Positions 1 to 9,729 of a DNA stretch of 64,000 nucleotides are shown here, piece after piece (position 1 is the first letter of the stretch; each line of letters starts with the position of its first letter). The notes below the pieces were generated by a model. The model saw only the letters and a list, made by a program, of their open reading frames with translations. It had not been told where the DNA came from and made no database searches. The DNA is from a bacterium (GTDB lineage Bacteria > UBA8248): positions 1,440,001-1,504,000 of the forward strand of contig OZ244799.1 in NCBI GenBank assembly GCA_965219955.1. Direction: 5' to 3'. Position numbers and translations under genes: made by a program.

Positions 1-749
1 AGATCTTCCTCCCTATCCTCTTCCTGAATCAGCAGATCTTCAATATTGTCTTTGGATATTTCAACTTCATAGCCGAAGGTTTCAGATATATTGGTAGCCG
101 TGTTGTGATCTATCATTTGATTGATAGTTGTCATCTGGCCTTTTTTCATCAATTCCTTGATAACTTCCGTCGCCTTTACATTAATTTTCTCAGCGAGTTC
201 TTTCACCGTTATCGTCTCTGCAATACGGACGCGCCCTCCATGACGGTGAGGAAGCTTCTCTTTGCTGACATCCCGAGCAATTTGGGGACTTGTTGGTGAT
301 ATGGCTTCTTTATCATCAGGTGCTGGAGTTGCTTTATCTAAAACCGTTTGTTTATCCGCACTAACCTTTTCTTTTTCCGCGATTGGCTGTTTGTCGACAG
401 CAGTATCTTCTGGTGCGATAGATGCCTGAACAGTTGCATCTTGAGTGGCAGGAGAAGCTGTTGATTCTTCTTTGGATTCTACATCTTCCAAGCCAGACGC
501 ACTTGCTTTTTCCGGCTTTTTAGCTTTTGTCTTGGTTGAAGTCTTTTTTTCCGTCTTGCTTACTGGAGCCACTTTCTCCTCTTGAAGTGCTTCTTGAGAA
601 AAAAGCGCCATTACCAGTTCCGCTGTTTCATCATCCACAGTACTCATATGGCTTTTTACTACGATTCCTTCCCTGGCTAATTCCTCAACAAATGTCCTGC
701 TGTCATATCCAAGATTTTTAGCCAGTTGGTATACGCGTACGCTCGCCAT
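1..749 (-). CDS. infB: Translation initiation factor IF-2, N-terminal part (runs off the window edge)
   Basis: Manual translation from ATG 749: MASVRVYQLAKNLGYDSRTFVEELAREGIVVKSHMSTVDDETAEL (IF2_N domain), then an Ala/Glu/Lys-rich linker. GGAGG RBS; canonical position after rimP-nusA-ylxR. Absent from the ORF track because it has no stop in the window. Confidence 0.93.
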   Translation of the reverse strand, partial: MASVRVYQLAKNLGYDSRTFVEELAREGIVVKSHMSTVDDETAELVMALFSQEALQEEKVAPVSKTEKKTSTKTKAKKPEKASASGLEDVESKEESTASPATQDATVQASIAPEDTAVDKQPIAEKEKVSADKQTVLDKATPAPDDKEAISPTSPQIARDVSKEKLPHRHGGRVRIAETITVKELAEKINVKATEVIKELMKKGQMTTINQMIDHNTATNISETFGYEVEISKDNIEDLLIQEEDREED

Positions 750-828
750 AAAACCTCCACTGCAGATTATTCACATCCATTATCCAACGAAAAGCAAATC
801 GAAGAAGAACCTCGAGCCATATCCTACT

Positions 829-1392
829 TTAACCATTACTCATTGCTCGTTCATGCATCAAGCGCAAGCGGATACTATCCATCAGAAGAGGCTCACTGAC
901 AAATAACACGCCAAACGGTTTTCGACTCAAAAATTCTCCAAGTTCGTTCATAGAAAAAGGCAGAATATAAAATTCTTCCGACATGCGTTTCAAGCTCATC
1001 AAAATTTTTGGGGATATGTCCTTGGAAACAAAAGGCGTCCCCATTTTCGAGAACTTTATCTTCTTGAATACTTCCTCTTTTCCAATGGCAAGTACTCCTT
1101 TTGCTTTAGAAGCAATCAACATGCCCTCGAGGTTTCGTCTCAGAAGCATTCTCACATTTCGGCTCAATTCGTCCGAACCAATCCTAAAATTCCTTCTTTT
1201 CAACGCAATTTCCAGGCGATTCGAAGAAACAAGCTTTGAAATGCAATTCATGTCAAAGCAACAATGCGCCCCTCTTCCCGGCAATTTTCTTCCTAGTTCG
1301 CAAACGATCTTCCCTTCCGGGCCGATTACCATTCTAAAAAAATTATTCGCATTTCCTTTATTCCGACAAGCTATACATGTTCTATCTGGCAA
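829..1392 (-). CDS. YlxR/RnpM (DUF448) fused to an L7Ae-like RNA-binding domain
   Basis: PDRTCIACR...GRGAHCC YlxR motif; C-terminal half (KGVLAIGKEEV...ELGEFLSRKP) is L7Ae/YlxQ-like; lies between nusA and infB. Confidence 0.8.
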   Translation of the reverse strand: MPDRTCIACRNKGNANNFFRMVIGPEGKIVCELGRKLPGRGAHCCFDMNCISKLVSSNRLEIALKRRNFRIGSDELSRNVRMLLRRNLEGMLIASKAKGVLAIGKEEVFKKIKFSKMGTPFVSKDISPKILMSLKRMSEEFYILPFSMNELGEFLSRKPFGVLFVSEPLLMDSIRLRLMHERAMSNG

Positions 1393-1407
1393 ACATTCAT
1401 TCCTTCA

Positions 1408-2757
1408 TCAGTCCTCATCGGACTCCGGGCCAGTGGATTTCTCATGAGTTCGAGCTGCTTCGATCAGCAACTCGGCCCTTTTCGGACCAATCCCGGGAAC
1501 TTCACACAATTCATCCGTCGATGCCGCGCTAATCGCCGCAATCGTAGAAAAACCATTGTCAGCCAAAAGCCGCGCCATTTTCTCACCAACAAGCTCTAGT
1601 TCTATCAATTCGCTGGAAGAGTCTGCATCAGCATCCGTTGGTCGAATACTCTCATCCTGCTCTTCCACGCCAGCAACATTCTCTTGGCGATCATCGCTCG
1701 AGAATGCCTGCTCGGCGATGATTCGTCGATATTCACCCTCACCTTTCAAATCAATTTTCCAGCCCAGGAGTTTAGCCGCCAAGCGAACATTCTGGCCGCC
1801 TTTCCCAATTGCTAGAGAGAGTTGATCGTCAGGCACCAACACCTCCATTCGGCCTTCGTCTTCAAACAAAGTGATGTGCTGTATCTTGGCGGGACTGAGC
1901 GCATTTGCAGCATATGTGCGTATATCGTCGTTCCAAGAGATGATATCGATCTTCTCTCCCCTGAGTTCTTGAACAATCGATTGCACACGGCTTCCACGTG
2001 TCCCTACACATGCGCCTACGGGATCTATGTCTCGCTCATGACTTACAACAGAAACTTTTGAACGTCCACTTGGCTCTCGGACGCAACCTTTTATAGCCAC
2101 TATGCCGTCGTAAATTTCGGGTACTTCCATCTCAAATAGCCGAATCAGCAAACCAGGATGTGTCCTACTGAGAACAATTTGAGGACCTTTTGTTATTTCC
2201 CGCACCTCCATAATATAAGCGCGGATACGATCTCCCCGCTTATAGACTTCTCTAAATATTTGCTCCCGACGAGGGAGGATCGCCTCTGTGCGCCCTATAT
2301 CTACATAAATATTCCCGCGCTCTACCTGAGAGACAGACCCCGTAATCAAATCGCCTTCACGCTCCTTGAACTCCTGGTATATATTCGCACGCTCTGCTTC
2401 TCTGACTCGCTGCAATATAACTTGCTTCGCTATTTGCGCTGCTATCCTGCCCAGCCCCTCGGTCTCGACACCCTGCGAAAGAAAATCCCCAACTTGAATA
2501 TCAGGATTTTCCTTTCGTGCTTCATCTAAAAGGATTTCACTCTGAGGGTTCTGAACAATCCTGACGACTTCTTTCGCTGCTTTGACGTCAATTTCACCAG
2601 TTTGTTCATCAAATGATACGTCCACATTTTTTCCCAAACCGTATTGCTTCTTCGCAGCTGACGCCATTGCGATTTTTAGCGTGTCTAGCAGCACATCTTT
2701 GGAGACACCTCGCTCGCGTTCCAATTGTGTCAGGACCGCAATCAATTCTTGACTCAC
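1408..2757 (-). CDS. nusA: Transcription termination/antitermination factor NusA
   Basis: GRIAAQIAKQVILQRVREAER, S1/KH domains (DPVGACVGTRGSRVQ, LSLAIGKGGQNVRLAAKL), C-terminal HhH repeat. Confidence 0.97.
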   Translation of the reverse strand: MSQELIAVLTQLERERGVSKDVLLDTLKIAMASAAKKQYGLGKNVDVSFDEQTGEIDVKAAKEVVRIVQNPQSEILLDEARKENPDIQVGDFLSQGVETEGLGRIAAQIAKQVILQRVREAERANIYQEFKEREGDLITGSVSQVERGNIYVDIGRTEAILPRREQIFREVYKRGDRIRAYIMEVREITKGPQIVLSRTHPGLLIRLFEMEVPEIYDGIVAIKGCVREPSGRSKVSVVSHERDIDPVGACVGTRGSRVQSIVQELRGEKIDIISWNDDIRTYAANALSPAKIQHITLFEDEGRMEVLVPDDQLSLAIGKGGQNVRLAAKLLGWKIDLKGEGEYRRIIAEQAFSSDDRQENVAGVEEQDESIRPTDADADSSSELIELELVGEKMARLLADNGFSTIAAISAASTDELCEVPGIGPKRAELLIEAARTHEKSTGPESDED

Positions 2758-2790
2758 AAAACCACTCCTCCATCATGGATTGAGTTGACT

Positions 2791-3291
2791 CTACACTGTA
2801 TTCCCCATGCTTTGAAATTCTTTATCCCAATCCACATCCAAGTTCGCTTTTGCAATATCAGCCAGTGAAAATGAAGCTTTCTCCCCATTCTTTGATGAAA
2901 TAATATGAATCATATTGTCATCAACCTCGACTATCTTCCCTACAATTCGCCTCTTTCCTTCCTTCTTGCTTTTAAGACGAATGCGCACCCGATGCCCGAT
3001 ATAGCGCTCAAAATCCCGGACTTTTCGAAGAGGCCTTTCGATGCCAGGGCTCGATATCTCGAGGCGATAAGAATTTTCAATGACGTTTTTGTCATCGAAA
3101 AATTCTCCGAGTCTCCGGCTCACGGCTACACAATCAGAAAGAAGGATACCTTCTGGCTTTTGAATAAATATCCGAATGAGCTGTTGGCTACGGTTACCGG
3201 TCAGTTCAATGTCAACCAATTCATACCCTAGGCCAGAAACCACCTCCTGGGCGATAGTCCATATTTGAGAGTCAACATCAATTGACACCAT
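2791..3291 (-). CDS. rimP: Ribosome maturation factor RimP
   Basis: DCVAVSR...YRLEISSPGIERPL motif; first gene of the rimP-nusA-infB operon. Confidence 0.95.
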   Translation of the reverse strand: MVSIDVDSQIWTIAQEVVSGLGYELVDIELTGNRSQQLIRIFIQKPEGILLSDCVAVSRRLGEFFDDKNVIENSYRLEISSPGIERPLRKVRDFERYIGHRVRIRLKSKKEGKRRIVGKIVEVDDNMIHIISSKNGEKASFSLADIAKANLDVDWDKEFQSMGNTV

Positions 3292-3313
3292 AAACTCTAT
3301 TCCGAGAGTGAAT

Positions 3314-3342
3314 AAAAAAATGGGCCATCAATTGACCCACTT
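3314..3342 (-). promoter_or_regulatory. rimP leader-type terminator/attenuator hairpin
   Basis: Minus strand reads AAGTGGGTCAATTGATGGCCCATTTTTTT: a GGG/CCC stem plus U-tract just upstream of rimP, matching the known rimP leader arrangement. Confidence 0.7.
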
Positions 3343-3603
3343 GCTCAACAGCCAAAATCATGAACACTTTAATCGTCATTCGAGTAAAGCGCAAGTGGAA
3401 TAGCTTCTTTTTAGAACACCAGCGCATTCTTGCCCGAAGAAATGCGACGTGCTAGATTCTGCCAAATTGAGCGGATAAACAATCTTGAAACAAAATGATC
3501 GACGAATCAGTTTTGCGCTTTCTCTAAAATAAACCCGGTGTGGCCTTGACCAGAGAATTCCGCCTCCTGGTTGGAGTGCAATCATCAGTGAAGAGGTAAA
3601 TCC

Positions 3604-4575
3604 ATGATTCGATTGACAAAGGTCAAGGCCTTTTGGATTTACGAAACGATGGTTCGCATTCGCAGGTTCGAGGAGCGTTCCATCGAGTTATTTCAGGCAG
3701 GAGAATTGCCGGGCTTCCTTCACGCCTATATCGGCGAGGAAGCTGTCGCTGCCGGGGTTTGTGCTCACCTGACTCCTAAAGACCAAATCACATCTACACA
3801 CCGAGGTCATGGGCACATGATCGCCAAGGGGCTCCAATATGAAGGCATGTTCGCCGAGTTGTACGCCCGCGCGACCGGCTATTGCAAAGGAAAAGGAGGA
3901 TCGATGCACATCGCCGATCAGGACCTGGGAGTCTTGGGGGCGAATGGCATTGTGGGCGGTGGGATCCCCATAGCCGCCGGCGCCGCCTTGGGGCTTCGAT
4001 TGAAAGGAGAAAAACACGTCGCTGTCAGTTTCTTCGGCGACGGAGCCAGCAACGAAGGCGCATTCCATGAGGGTATCAACATTGCCGCCACCTGGAAGCT
4101 GCCTGCTGTGTTTGTCTGCGAGAACAACGGATTTGCCGAAAGCACGCCTCGCGCTGATCATCAGGCGGTTCAGGATATCGCCGATCGAGCTAAAGCTTAC
4201 GGCATGCCTGGAATCGTTGTCGATGGCATGGACCCCCAAGCAGTATATGAAGTGGCGGGCGAAGCGATTGCGCGCGCCCGCAAAGGAGGGGGACCCACGC
4301 TGATCGAAGCGAAAACAATGCGGTTTTTGGGCCATTACGTGGGCGACCCCGGCACCGCTTACGGGCACGACAAAGAGGTGGGCAAGTGGCTCAAACGCGA
4401 CCCGATCATCACGTTTGCAGAAATACTCGTGAAGAAAAAATGGTTGAACAAGAACCGTATCGACGCCATCCATGCGAAAGTGAACGAAGAGATGGAAGAG
4501 GCCATCGAATTCGCCCGGAAAAGCCCGGAGCCCGAGCTTGGTGACGCCATGACGGATATCTACGCGTCCGTTTAG
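3604..4575 (+). CDS. TPP-dependent dehydrogenase E1 alpha (acetoin/pyruvate dehydrogenase family)
   Basis: STHRGHGH, GKGGSMH, GDGASNEG...ENN TPP-binding motif. Confidence 0.92.
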   Translation: MIRLTKVKAFWIYETMVRIRRFEERSIELFQAGELPGFLHAYIGEEAVAAGVCAHLTPKDQITSTHRGHGHMIAKGLQYEGMFAELYARATGYCKGKGGSMHIADQDLGVLGANGIVGGGIPIAAGAALGLRLKGEKHVAVSFFGDGASNEGAFHEGINIAATWKLPAVFVCENNGFAESTPRADHQAVQDIADRAKAYGMPGIVVDGMDPQAVYEVAGEAIARARKGGGPTLIEAKTMRFLGHYVGDPGTAYGHDKEVGKWLKRDPIITFAEILVKKKWLNKNRIDAIHAKVNEEMEEAIEFARKSPEPELGDAMTDIYASV

Positions 4576-4584
4576 GAAAAGGAA

Positions 4585-5565
4585 ATGCGCGAGATTTTAT
4601 ACCGGGAAGCCATTATCGAGGCCCTGGATGAGGAAATGGCGAGAGATGGCTCGGTTTTTCTGCTCGGTGAGGATATCGCCGAATTCGGCGGCTCATACAA
4701 GACGACCGTGGGTCTTTTGGAGAAATATGGCGCCGAGCGGGTGAGAAACACGCCCATCTCCGAGCAAGGCATCATCGGCACGGCCCTTGGGTCGGCGCTC
4801 GTAGGCATGCGCCCCGTGGCGGAGTTGATGTATATCGATTTTTCCGCCGTCGCCATGGATCAAATCGTCAACCAGGTCGCCAAGGTACGCTATATGTTTG
4901 GCGGGAAAGCGAACACCTCGCTCGTCATCAGAACCCAGGGCGGCGCAGGGCGAAGTTCCGCTGCCCAGCACGCACAAAGCCTGGAAGCGTGGTTCGTCCA
5001 CGTGCCGGGACTCAAAGTGGTCATGCCCTCCAGCGCACGAGACGCCAAAGGTCTCCTGAAAGCAGCCATCAGGGATGACGACCCGGTTTTCTTCATCGAA
5101 CACAAACTCCTTTACCTGGAAAGAGGTGCTGTTTCCGAAGAAGAGGAGATCATCCCCATCGGCGTAGCCGAGGTGAAAAGAGAGGGGAGCGATCTCACCA
5201 TCGTCGCCACCTCTTCGATGGTCGGAAAATCGCTCGCCGCGGCAAGAGAACTTGAAAAAGAGGGCGTAAGCTGCGAGGTCATCGACCCCAGAACGCTTTT
5301 CCCTCTGGATACGGAGACGATTCTCGCCTCCGTCCGTAAGACGGGACGGCTCCTCATCACCCATGAGGCGGTGCAGCGGTGTGGGTGGGGTGCGGAAATC
5401 GCCGCCTTGGCCGCCAAGGACGCTTTTGACTACCTCGACGCGCCCATTGAGCGCGTCTGCGCCAAGGAAACGCCGGTGCCCTTTTCTCCCAAACTCGAAT
5501 CCTATGTCATACCCGATCAAGATGACGTGATCGCCGGGGTTCGTGGTATGTTAGAGATGGTGTAA
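4585..5565 (+). CDS. 2-oxoacid/acetoin dehydrogenase E1 beta
   Basis: GEDIA, NTPISEQ, AAQHAQSLEAW motifs; follows E1 alpha. Confidence 0.92.
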   Translation: MREILYREAIIEALDEEMARDGSVFLLGEDIAEFGGSYKTTVGLLEKYGAERVRNTPISEQGIIGTALGSALVGMRPVAELMYIDFSAVAMDQIVNQVAKVRYMFGGKANTSLVIRTQGGAGRSSAAQHAQSLEAWFVHVPGLKVVMPSSARDAKGLLKAAIRDDDPVFFIEHKLLYLERGAVSEEEEIIPIGVAEVKREGSDLTIVATSSMVGKSLAAARELEKEGVSCEVIDPRTLFPLDTETILASVRKTGRLLITHEAVQRCGWGAEIAALAAKDAFDYLDAPIERVCAKETPVPFSPKLESYVIPDQDDVIAGVRGMLEMV

Positions 5566-5601
5566 TTCCACAACACTTCCAATCATTAGGAGCAAAGATT
5601 C

Positions 5602-6855
5602 ATGGCCACCCCTCTCCCGATGCCCAAGCTCGGCCTTACCATGGAAGAAGGAACTATCCTCAAGTGGCGAAAAGGCGAGGGTGAAGCGGTCGAAAAAGGC
5701 GAGATCATCCTCGACATCCAGACAGACAAGGTTGAGTACGAGGTCGAATCGCCGGACGGCGGCCTCCTGCTCAAAACACTGGCGGGAGAAGGCGACGTCG
5801 TTCCCTGCGGCACGGACATCGCCGTCATCGGCGAAGAGGGAGAGAACATCAGCGGTTTTGGAAGTGCGCCCGCCAAGGCCCCGGTAGAGACTGAATCCGA
5901 GGCAGCGGAGGCACTCCCGACGCCACCACCCGCACCCTCAAAAACTGCCCCTGCTCCGGCGGCCCCCGTGGCGGCGCAACCTGCTCGCACTGGCCGTATT
6001 TTCGCCAGTCCGGCCGCCAGGCGCGTGGCCCGCGAGTTGGGCATCGACTTCCGCACCCTCAAGGGCTCGGGTCCCGGCGGCAGAATCGTGCAGGCCGACG
6101 TGAGAGCGGCTGCGGCATCAGGCATTCCTGCCGCCGTGACGGCTGCTGCGAGCGGCCCCGCGGCCGTGGCGGGCTCAACGCCCCTGGCGGGGATGCGGAA
6201 AATCATTGCCGAGCGCATGCTCTCCAGCTGGTCCCAAGTGCCGCGCATCACGATGCAGGCCGAGGTGGACCTCACCAACCTCCTCGCCGTACGCGAGGCC
6301 AGCCGCCAGGCGTGGGAAAACGACCTCGGCGTCAAGGTGTCCATCAACGATCTCATCCTCTTCTACACCGCCCGCGCCGTGCGCCGCTGTCCGGCCGTGA
6401 ACGTCCGTCTCACCGAAAACGCACTGGAGCAAATGCAGGACGTGAACATCGGGGTGGCCGTAGCCGTCGAGCAGGGACTGATGGTGCCCGTCATCCGGGG
6501 CGCCGACCAGAAATCCATCGACGCCATTTCGCGCGAGTCGCAGGCGCTGGCCGAAGCGGCCCGCGCGGGCGCCCTGGGCCTCGATGCGCTCGAGGGCGGC
6601 ACCTTCACGGTCTCGAATCTGGGGGCGTACGGGGTCGATCACTTCAGCGCCATCATCAACCACCCCGAATCCGCCATCCTATCGGTGGGCGCGGCGCGAG
6701 AGCGCGCCGTCGTGCGAAACGGCGAGGTCGTCGCCCGGACGACGGCCTTCGTCGGCATCAACGCCGACCACCGCGTGGTGGACGGCGCGCCGGCGGCCGA
6801 ATTCCTTTCCACCCTCAAAGAGATGCTCGAACACCCCAAGGTGATGCCTGCATAA
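5602..6855 (+). CDS. Dihydrolipoamide acyltransferase E2
   Basis: Lipoyl domain (QTDKV), E3-binding domain (ASPAARR...GSGPGGRI), catalytic DHRVVDG. Confidence 0.93.
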   Translation: MATPLPMPKLGLTMEEGTILKWRKGEGEAVEKGEIILDIQTDKVEYEVESPDGGLLLKTLAGEGDVVPCGTDIAVIGEEGENISGFGSAPAKAPVETESEAAEALPTPPPAPSKTAPAPAAPVAAQPARTGRIFASPAARRVARELGIDFRTLKGSGPGGRIVQADVRAAAASGIPAAVTAAASGPAAVAGSTPLAGMRKIIAERMLSSWSQVPRITMQAEVDLTNLLAVREASRQAWENDLGVKVSINDLILFYTARAVRRCPAVNVRLTENALEQMQDVNIGVAVAVEQGLMVPVIRGADQKSIDAISRESQALAEAARAGALGLDALEGGTFTVSNLGAYGVDHFSAIINHPESAILSVGAARERAVVRNGEVVARTTAFVGINADHRVVDGAPAAEFLSTLKEMLEHPKVMPA

Positions 6856-7502
6856 AGCTTTATATCGTTGAATATCAGTACCATTAAGCGTCTTATTCAA
6901 GCTTGTTCGAGCTTATTTATTTATCGCAAAACCTCGTGAATTTATCCAATTTTATCGAATTTTTCGGAAATTCCCCGACGGCCCCTATCCGGGTTCGATA
7001 GCGGTTCGCCGAACCTGGGAGAGGCCGATCGTCCCGGCTGAAAAAGTAGCTGCGCCTCCGAGCCGATGCCGAATCGTCCTTCCATTTTCTCCCCCTGCTC
7101 CCATCCATGAGAACACGCGCTGTCGCGCGAGGGATTCTCGCCCATCCCGACGAAAAACCGCAGGCGGCAAATGCGGGGAAATGCGCGCGTGATCGCGGGC
7201 GCATGGACGAGTGGATTCCCGATCTTTCGAAGCGCGCGGGCGGCGCGTGATACCCGCTTCGGCCGATGAACGAGAGTTCCCGTTTTTCCGGAAATTGCGA
7301 AGCGATGCTTTCCGGCATCCAGGGCGGAACAACCACGCCGCATTGATCAACACAATCCTCCCTCCCCGCTCGGGATTCACCCCGTTTCCCTGCCCTCGCC
7401 TCGTGTTGTATGATTATTTATATTGAGGCGCGCGCTCAGTTGCGGCCCATGATTCGAGAATAACCGCCCCCCGGCGACGCCGGGTCAATCAGGAGACAGG
7501 CA

Positions 7503-7913
7503 ATGGCCGAGACAGTTCGTGAAGTACCCTACTATTACATGACCGCATCGAATAAGCCGGGAGAGGGCGCCGTCCTCGCCTCCATGTTGAAGGATGCCGG
7601 CGTCAGCCTGCTGGCGGTGCACGCCTTCCCCGAGCGCAGGCGCGTTCAGGTCGACATCGTGCCCGAAGACGCGCGCGCCTTCACCTCCTTCGCGCGCAAG
7701 GCGAAGATCAAGCTCAGCCCGCGGAAAAAGGCTTTCCTCGTCGAGGGCACGGACCGCACGGGAGCGCTGCTGCCGATTTTCACCAAGCTCGGTGACGCCG
7801 GCATCAACATCACCGCCATCACGGCCATCGCCGCGGGCAGGAAGCGCTACGGGGCCATCTTCTGGGTGAATCCCAAGGATCACCGCAGGGCCAAGAGAGT
7901 GCTGGGGGCGTAG
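7503..7913 (+). CDS. Double ACT-domain-like protein
   Basis: NKPGEGA...LKDAGVSL and DRTGALL...LGDAGINI ACT-like repeats; AGGAG RBS. Confidence 0.7.
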   Translation: MAETVREVPYYYMTASNKPGEGAVLASMLKDAGVSLLAVHAFPERRRVQVDIVPEDARAFTSFARKAKIKLSPRKKAFLVEGTDRTGALLPIFTKLGDAGINITAITAIAAGRKRYGAIFWVNPKDHRRAKRVLGA

Positions 7914-7946
7914 CCGGCCGCGATTGAACAGGTAAGGCTTGTTGCT

Positions 7947-7974
7947 GTAGGGGCGGTTCGCGAACCGCCCCTAC
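7947..7974. repeat. GTAG-family REP palindrome (second copy at 8860-8887)
   Basis: GTAGGGGCGGTTCGCGAACCGCCCCTAC is a perfect palindrome; the 8860 copy has one mismatch. Confidence 0.85.
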
Positions 7975-8052
7975 GGTTTTTTATACACCCCTCACTTTGC
8001 CCCGGAAACGGGTCGCAGGTATGCGGCTCAGACGAAGAATCCCGCGCGCTCA

Positions 8053-8520
8053 TTACCCCAACGCCAGCTCCATGAAGAGCGCGCCCTGAATGGGGTTCTC
8101 GGTATACGGGTCTATCTCCACAAAACCCATCGAGCGGTAAAGCGCGATGGCCTCTTGCATGGAGGGCAGCGTATCGAGGCGCATCGCGGCGTAGCCCATC
8201 GCCCGCGCCTCCCGGACGACCTCCTCCGCACACCTTCTCCCCAGGCCGCGTCCCCTGAAACCGGGCCTTAGATAAAGCCGCTTCATCTCGCAGATTCCGC
8301 CGCCCAAATCCCGAAGGGCGACGCCGCCCGCAGTATTATCTCCTGCGAGCAACAAGAAAAACCTCCCGCCCGGCGGGCCGTACATCCGCTCCAGGGTCTC
8401 GACTTCCTCCTCGAAACCCTGAAAGCACAGATCCACCTCGCTCGCGGCCTCATATTCACGCAGCAGGGTTCGAGCCTCCCGGTAGTCTTCTTCCGTCCGC
8501 GCGATGATGAATTCAGGCAT
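8053..8520 (-). CDS. GNAT-family N-acetyltransferase
   Basis: EMKRLYLRPGFRGRGLG acetyl-CoA motif, LDTLPSMQEAIALY. Confidence 0.9.
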   Translation of the reverse strand: MPEFIIARTEEDYREARTLLREYEAASEVDLCFQGFEEEVETLERMYGPPGGRFFLLLAGDNTAGGVALRDLGGGICEMKRLYLRPGFRGRGLGRRCAEEVVREARAMGYAAMRLDTLPSMQEAIALYRSMGFVEIDPYTENPIQGALFMELALG

Positions 8521-8634
8521 TTCGACGCCTCCTCACGCCCATCCTATAGCGAGTGAGGGCAAACCTGCACGTCCGCCCCAAAGTTCCTCGCTCTGAATAG
8601 CTCCTCCCCCACAAGCGCGCGGAAACCCCGGCGT

Positions 8635-8726
8635 CCTCATCCTGAGTAGGCCCGCAGGGCCGTATCGAAGGATTGGGCGAGCAGCGCGCCCCTCGATACG
8701 CGGCTTCGCCGCTACTCGGGGTGAGG
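8635..8726. repeat. CCTCATCCTGAGTAG...GTATCGAAGG palindromic repeat family (also 21867-22019, 37003-37040)
   Basis: Inverted arms CCTCATCCTGAGTAG / CTACTCGGGGTGAGG with internal small hairpins; related copies at three loci. Confidence 0.8.
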
Positions 8727-9024
8727 AGGAGATCGGATCGCAAGGACGGGCGTGCCGTGCAAAAAATGAAAGACAAAATCTCTGGATTCCGCCTTTCCTC
8801 CTCCCGATCGGAAATAACACCGGAATGACGGCAAACCAGGTATTATTCCGCCCTCACTCGCAGGGGCGGTTCGCGAACCGCCCCTACAGCCGCCGAATGG
8901 CGACCAAAAGCGAGAATCATCGATTCCTCGCTCGTAATTGACACCCGTTGATCCCCACGCCACCTTCCGCCAGAATGCGCGTTCACTCACATCCGTTTAC
9001 GTTTCACCAGAAAGGGATTCCACC

Positions 9025-9687
9025 ATGCCGATAAACGAAGCCACCGGCCTCTCTCAGGATATGGGCGTCACCGAGGAGATGATGGCCTGCCCCCTGCCCC
9101 GCGTGCCGCTCATCGACCCCGACGACATCCCCGAACACCTGGCCGAAGAACTGGCGCCTCTCTATGAGCGCGGCGTGAAGCGCTGGGGGAAAGTGTCGCG
9201 CTTCCTGCGCCTGCTCGGCTGGGCGCCCGGCTTCGTCGAGGGCTGGCAGATCATGGACGGCAAGCTGAGAGTCCAGCACCGGGACACCGACCCCGAATAC
9301 ATCCACATGGCCCAGCTCGTCATCATCAAGACGGCCATCTTGACCGAATGCAACAACTGACTGGGGCACAACGTCGAGCTCGGTCGGGCTCATGGCATCG
9401 AACAGGAGAAAATCAATCTGCTGGAGGGCGACGGCTGGCGCGAGAGCGACCTCTTTAGCGACAAAGAAAAAGCCGCGGTCTGCTGGGCGGAGGAAGTCAC
9501 GAACCTGACGGCGAAGAATAACGACGCGGCCTTCGAGGCCATGCAGAAACACTTCTCCACCGAACAACTCGTTTCGCTGACCTTGATATGCGGGCTGTGG
9601 AACCTGACGGGCCGCGTGGCCGAGGCCTTGCACCTCGTCGTGGAACCCCCCGGCGAGCGCATCGCGTTTCAGGAGGGTGGTGAGTAG
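9025..9687 (+). CDS. AhpD/carboxymuconolactone decarboxylase-like selenoprotein (CxxU; Sec at TGA 9358-9360), 220 aa
   Basis: The frame continues through TGA: ...ILTECNN-U-LGHNVELGRAHGIEQEKINLLEGDGWRESDLFSDKEKAAVCWAEEVT...FSTEQLVSLTLICGLWNLTGRVAEALHL...GGE-TAG. This is a complete AhpD-like fold with UGA at the second Cys of CxxC, followed by a SECIS-like hairpin. Confidence 0.88.
9373..9396 (+). promoter_or_regulatory. Putative bacterial SECIS element
   Basis: GUC-GAGCUC-[GGUC]-GGGCUC-AU-GGC stem-loop; the loop begins 22 nt after the UGA and resembles the GGUC loop of E. coli fdhF SECIS. Confidence 0.75.
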
Positions 9688-9729
9688 GGGGAAACAAATC
9701 CAAGTGGAAGGAACTATAGGGGCGCATAT

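Noticed and set aside
829-1392. YlxR-L7Ae fusion as a novelty
   Set aside because: Such fusions in the nusA-infB operon are already known in other bacteria.
3345-3600. tRNA gene upstream of rimP
   Set aside because: No cloverleaf, T-loop consensus or CCA end recognisable on either strand.
8938-9360. 140-aa ORF as a complete gene or nonsense pseudogene
   Set aside because: The stop sits at a catalytic Cys position with an intact downstream frame and a SECIS-like hairpin; Sec read-through explains it better.
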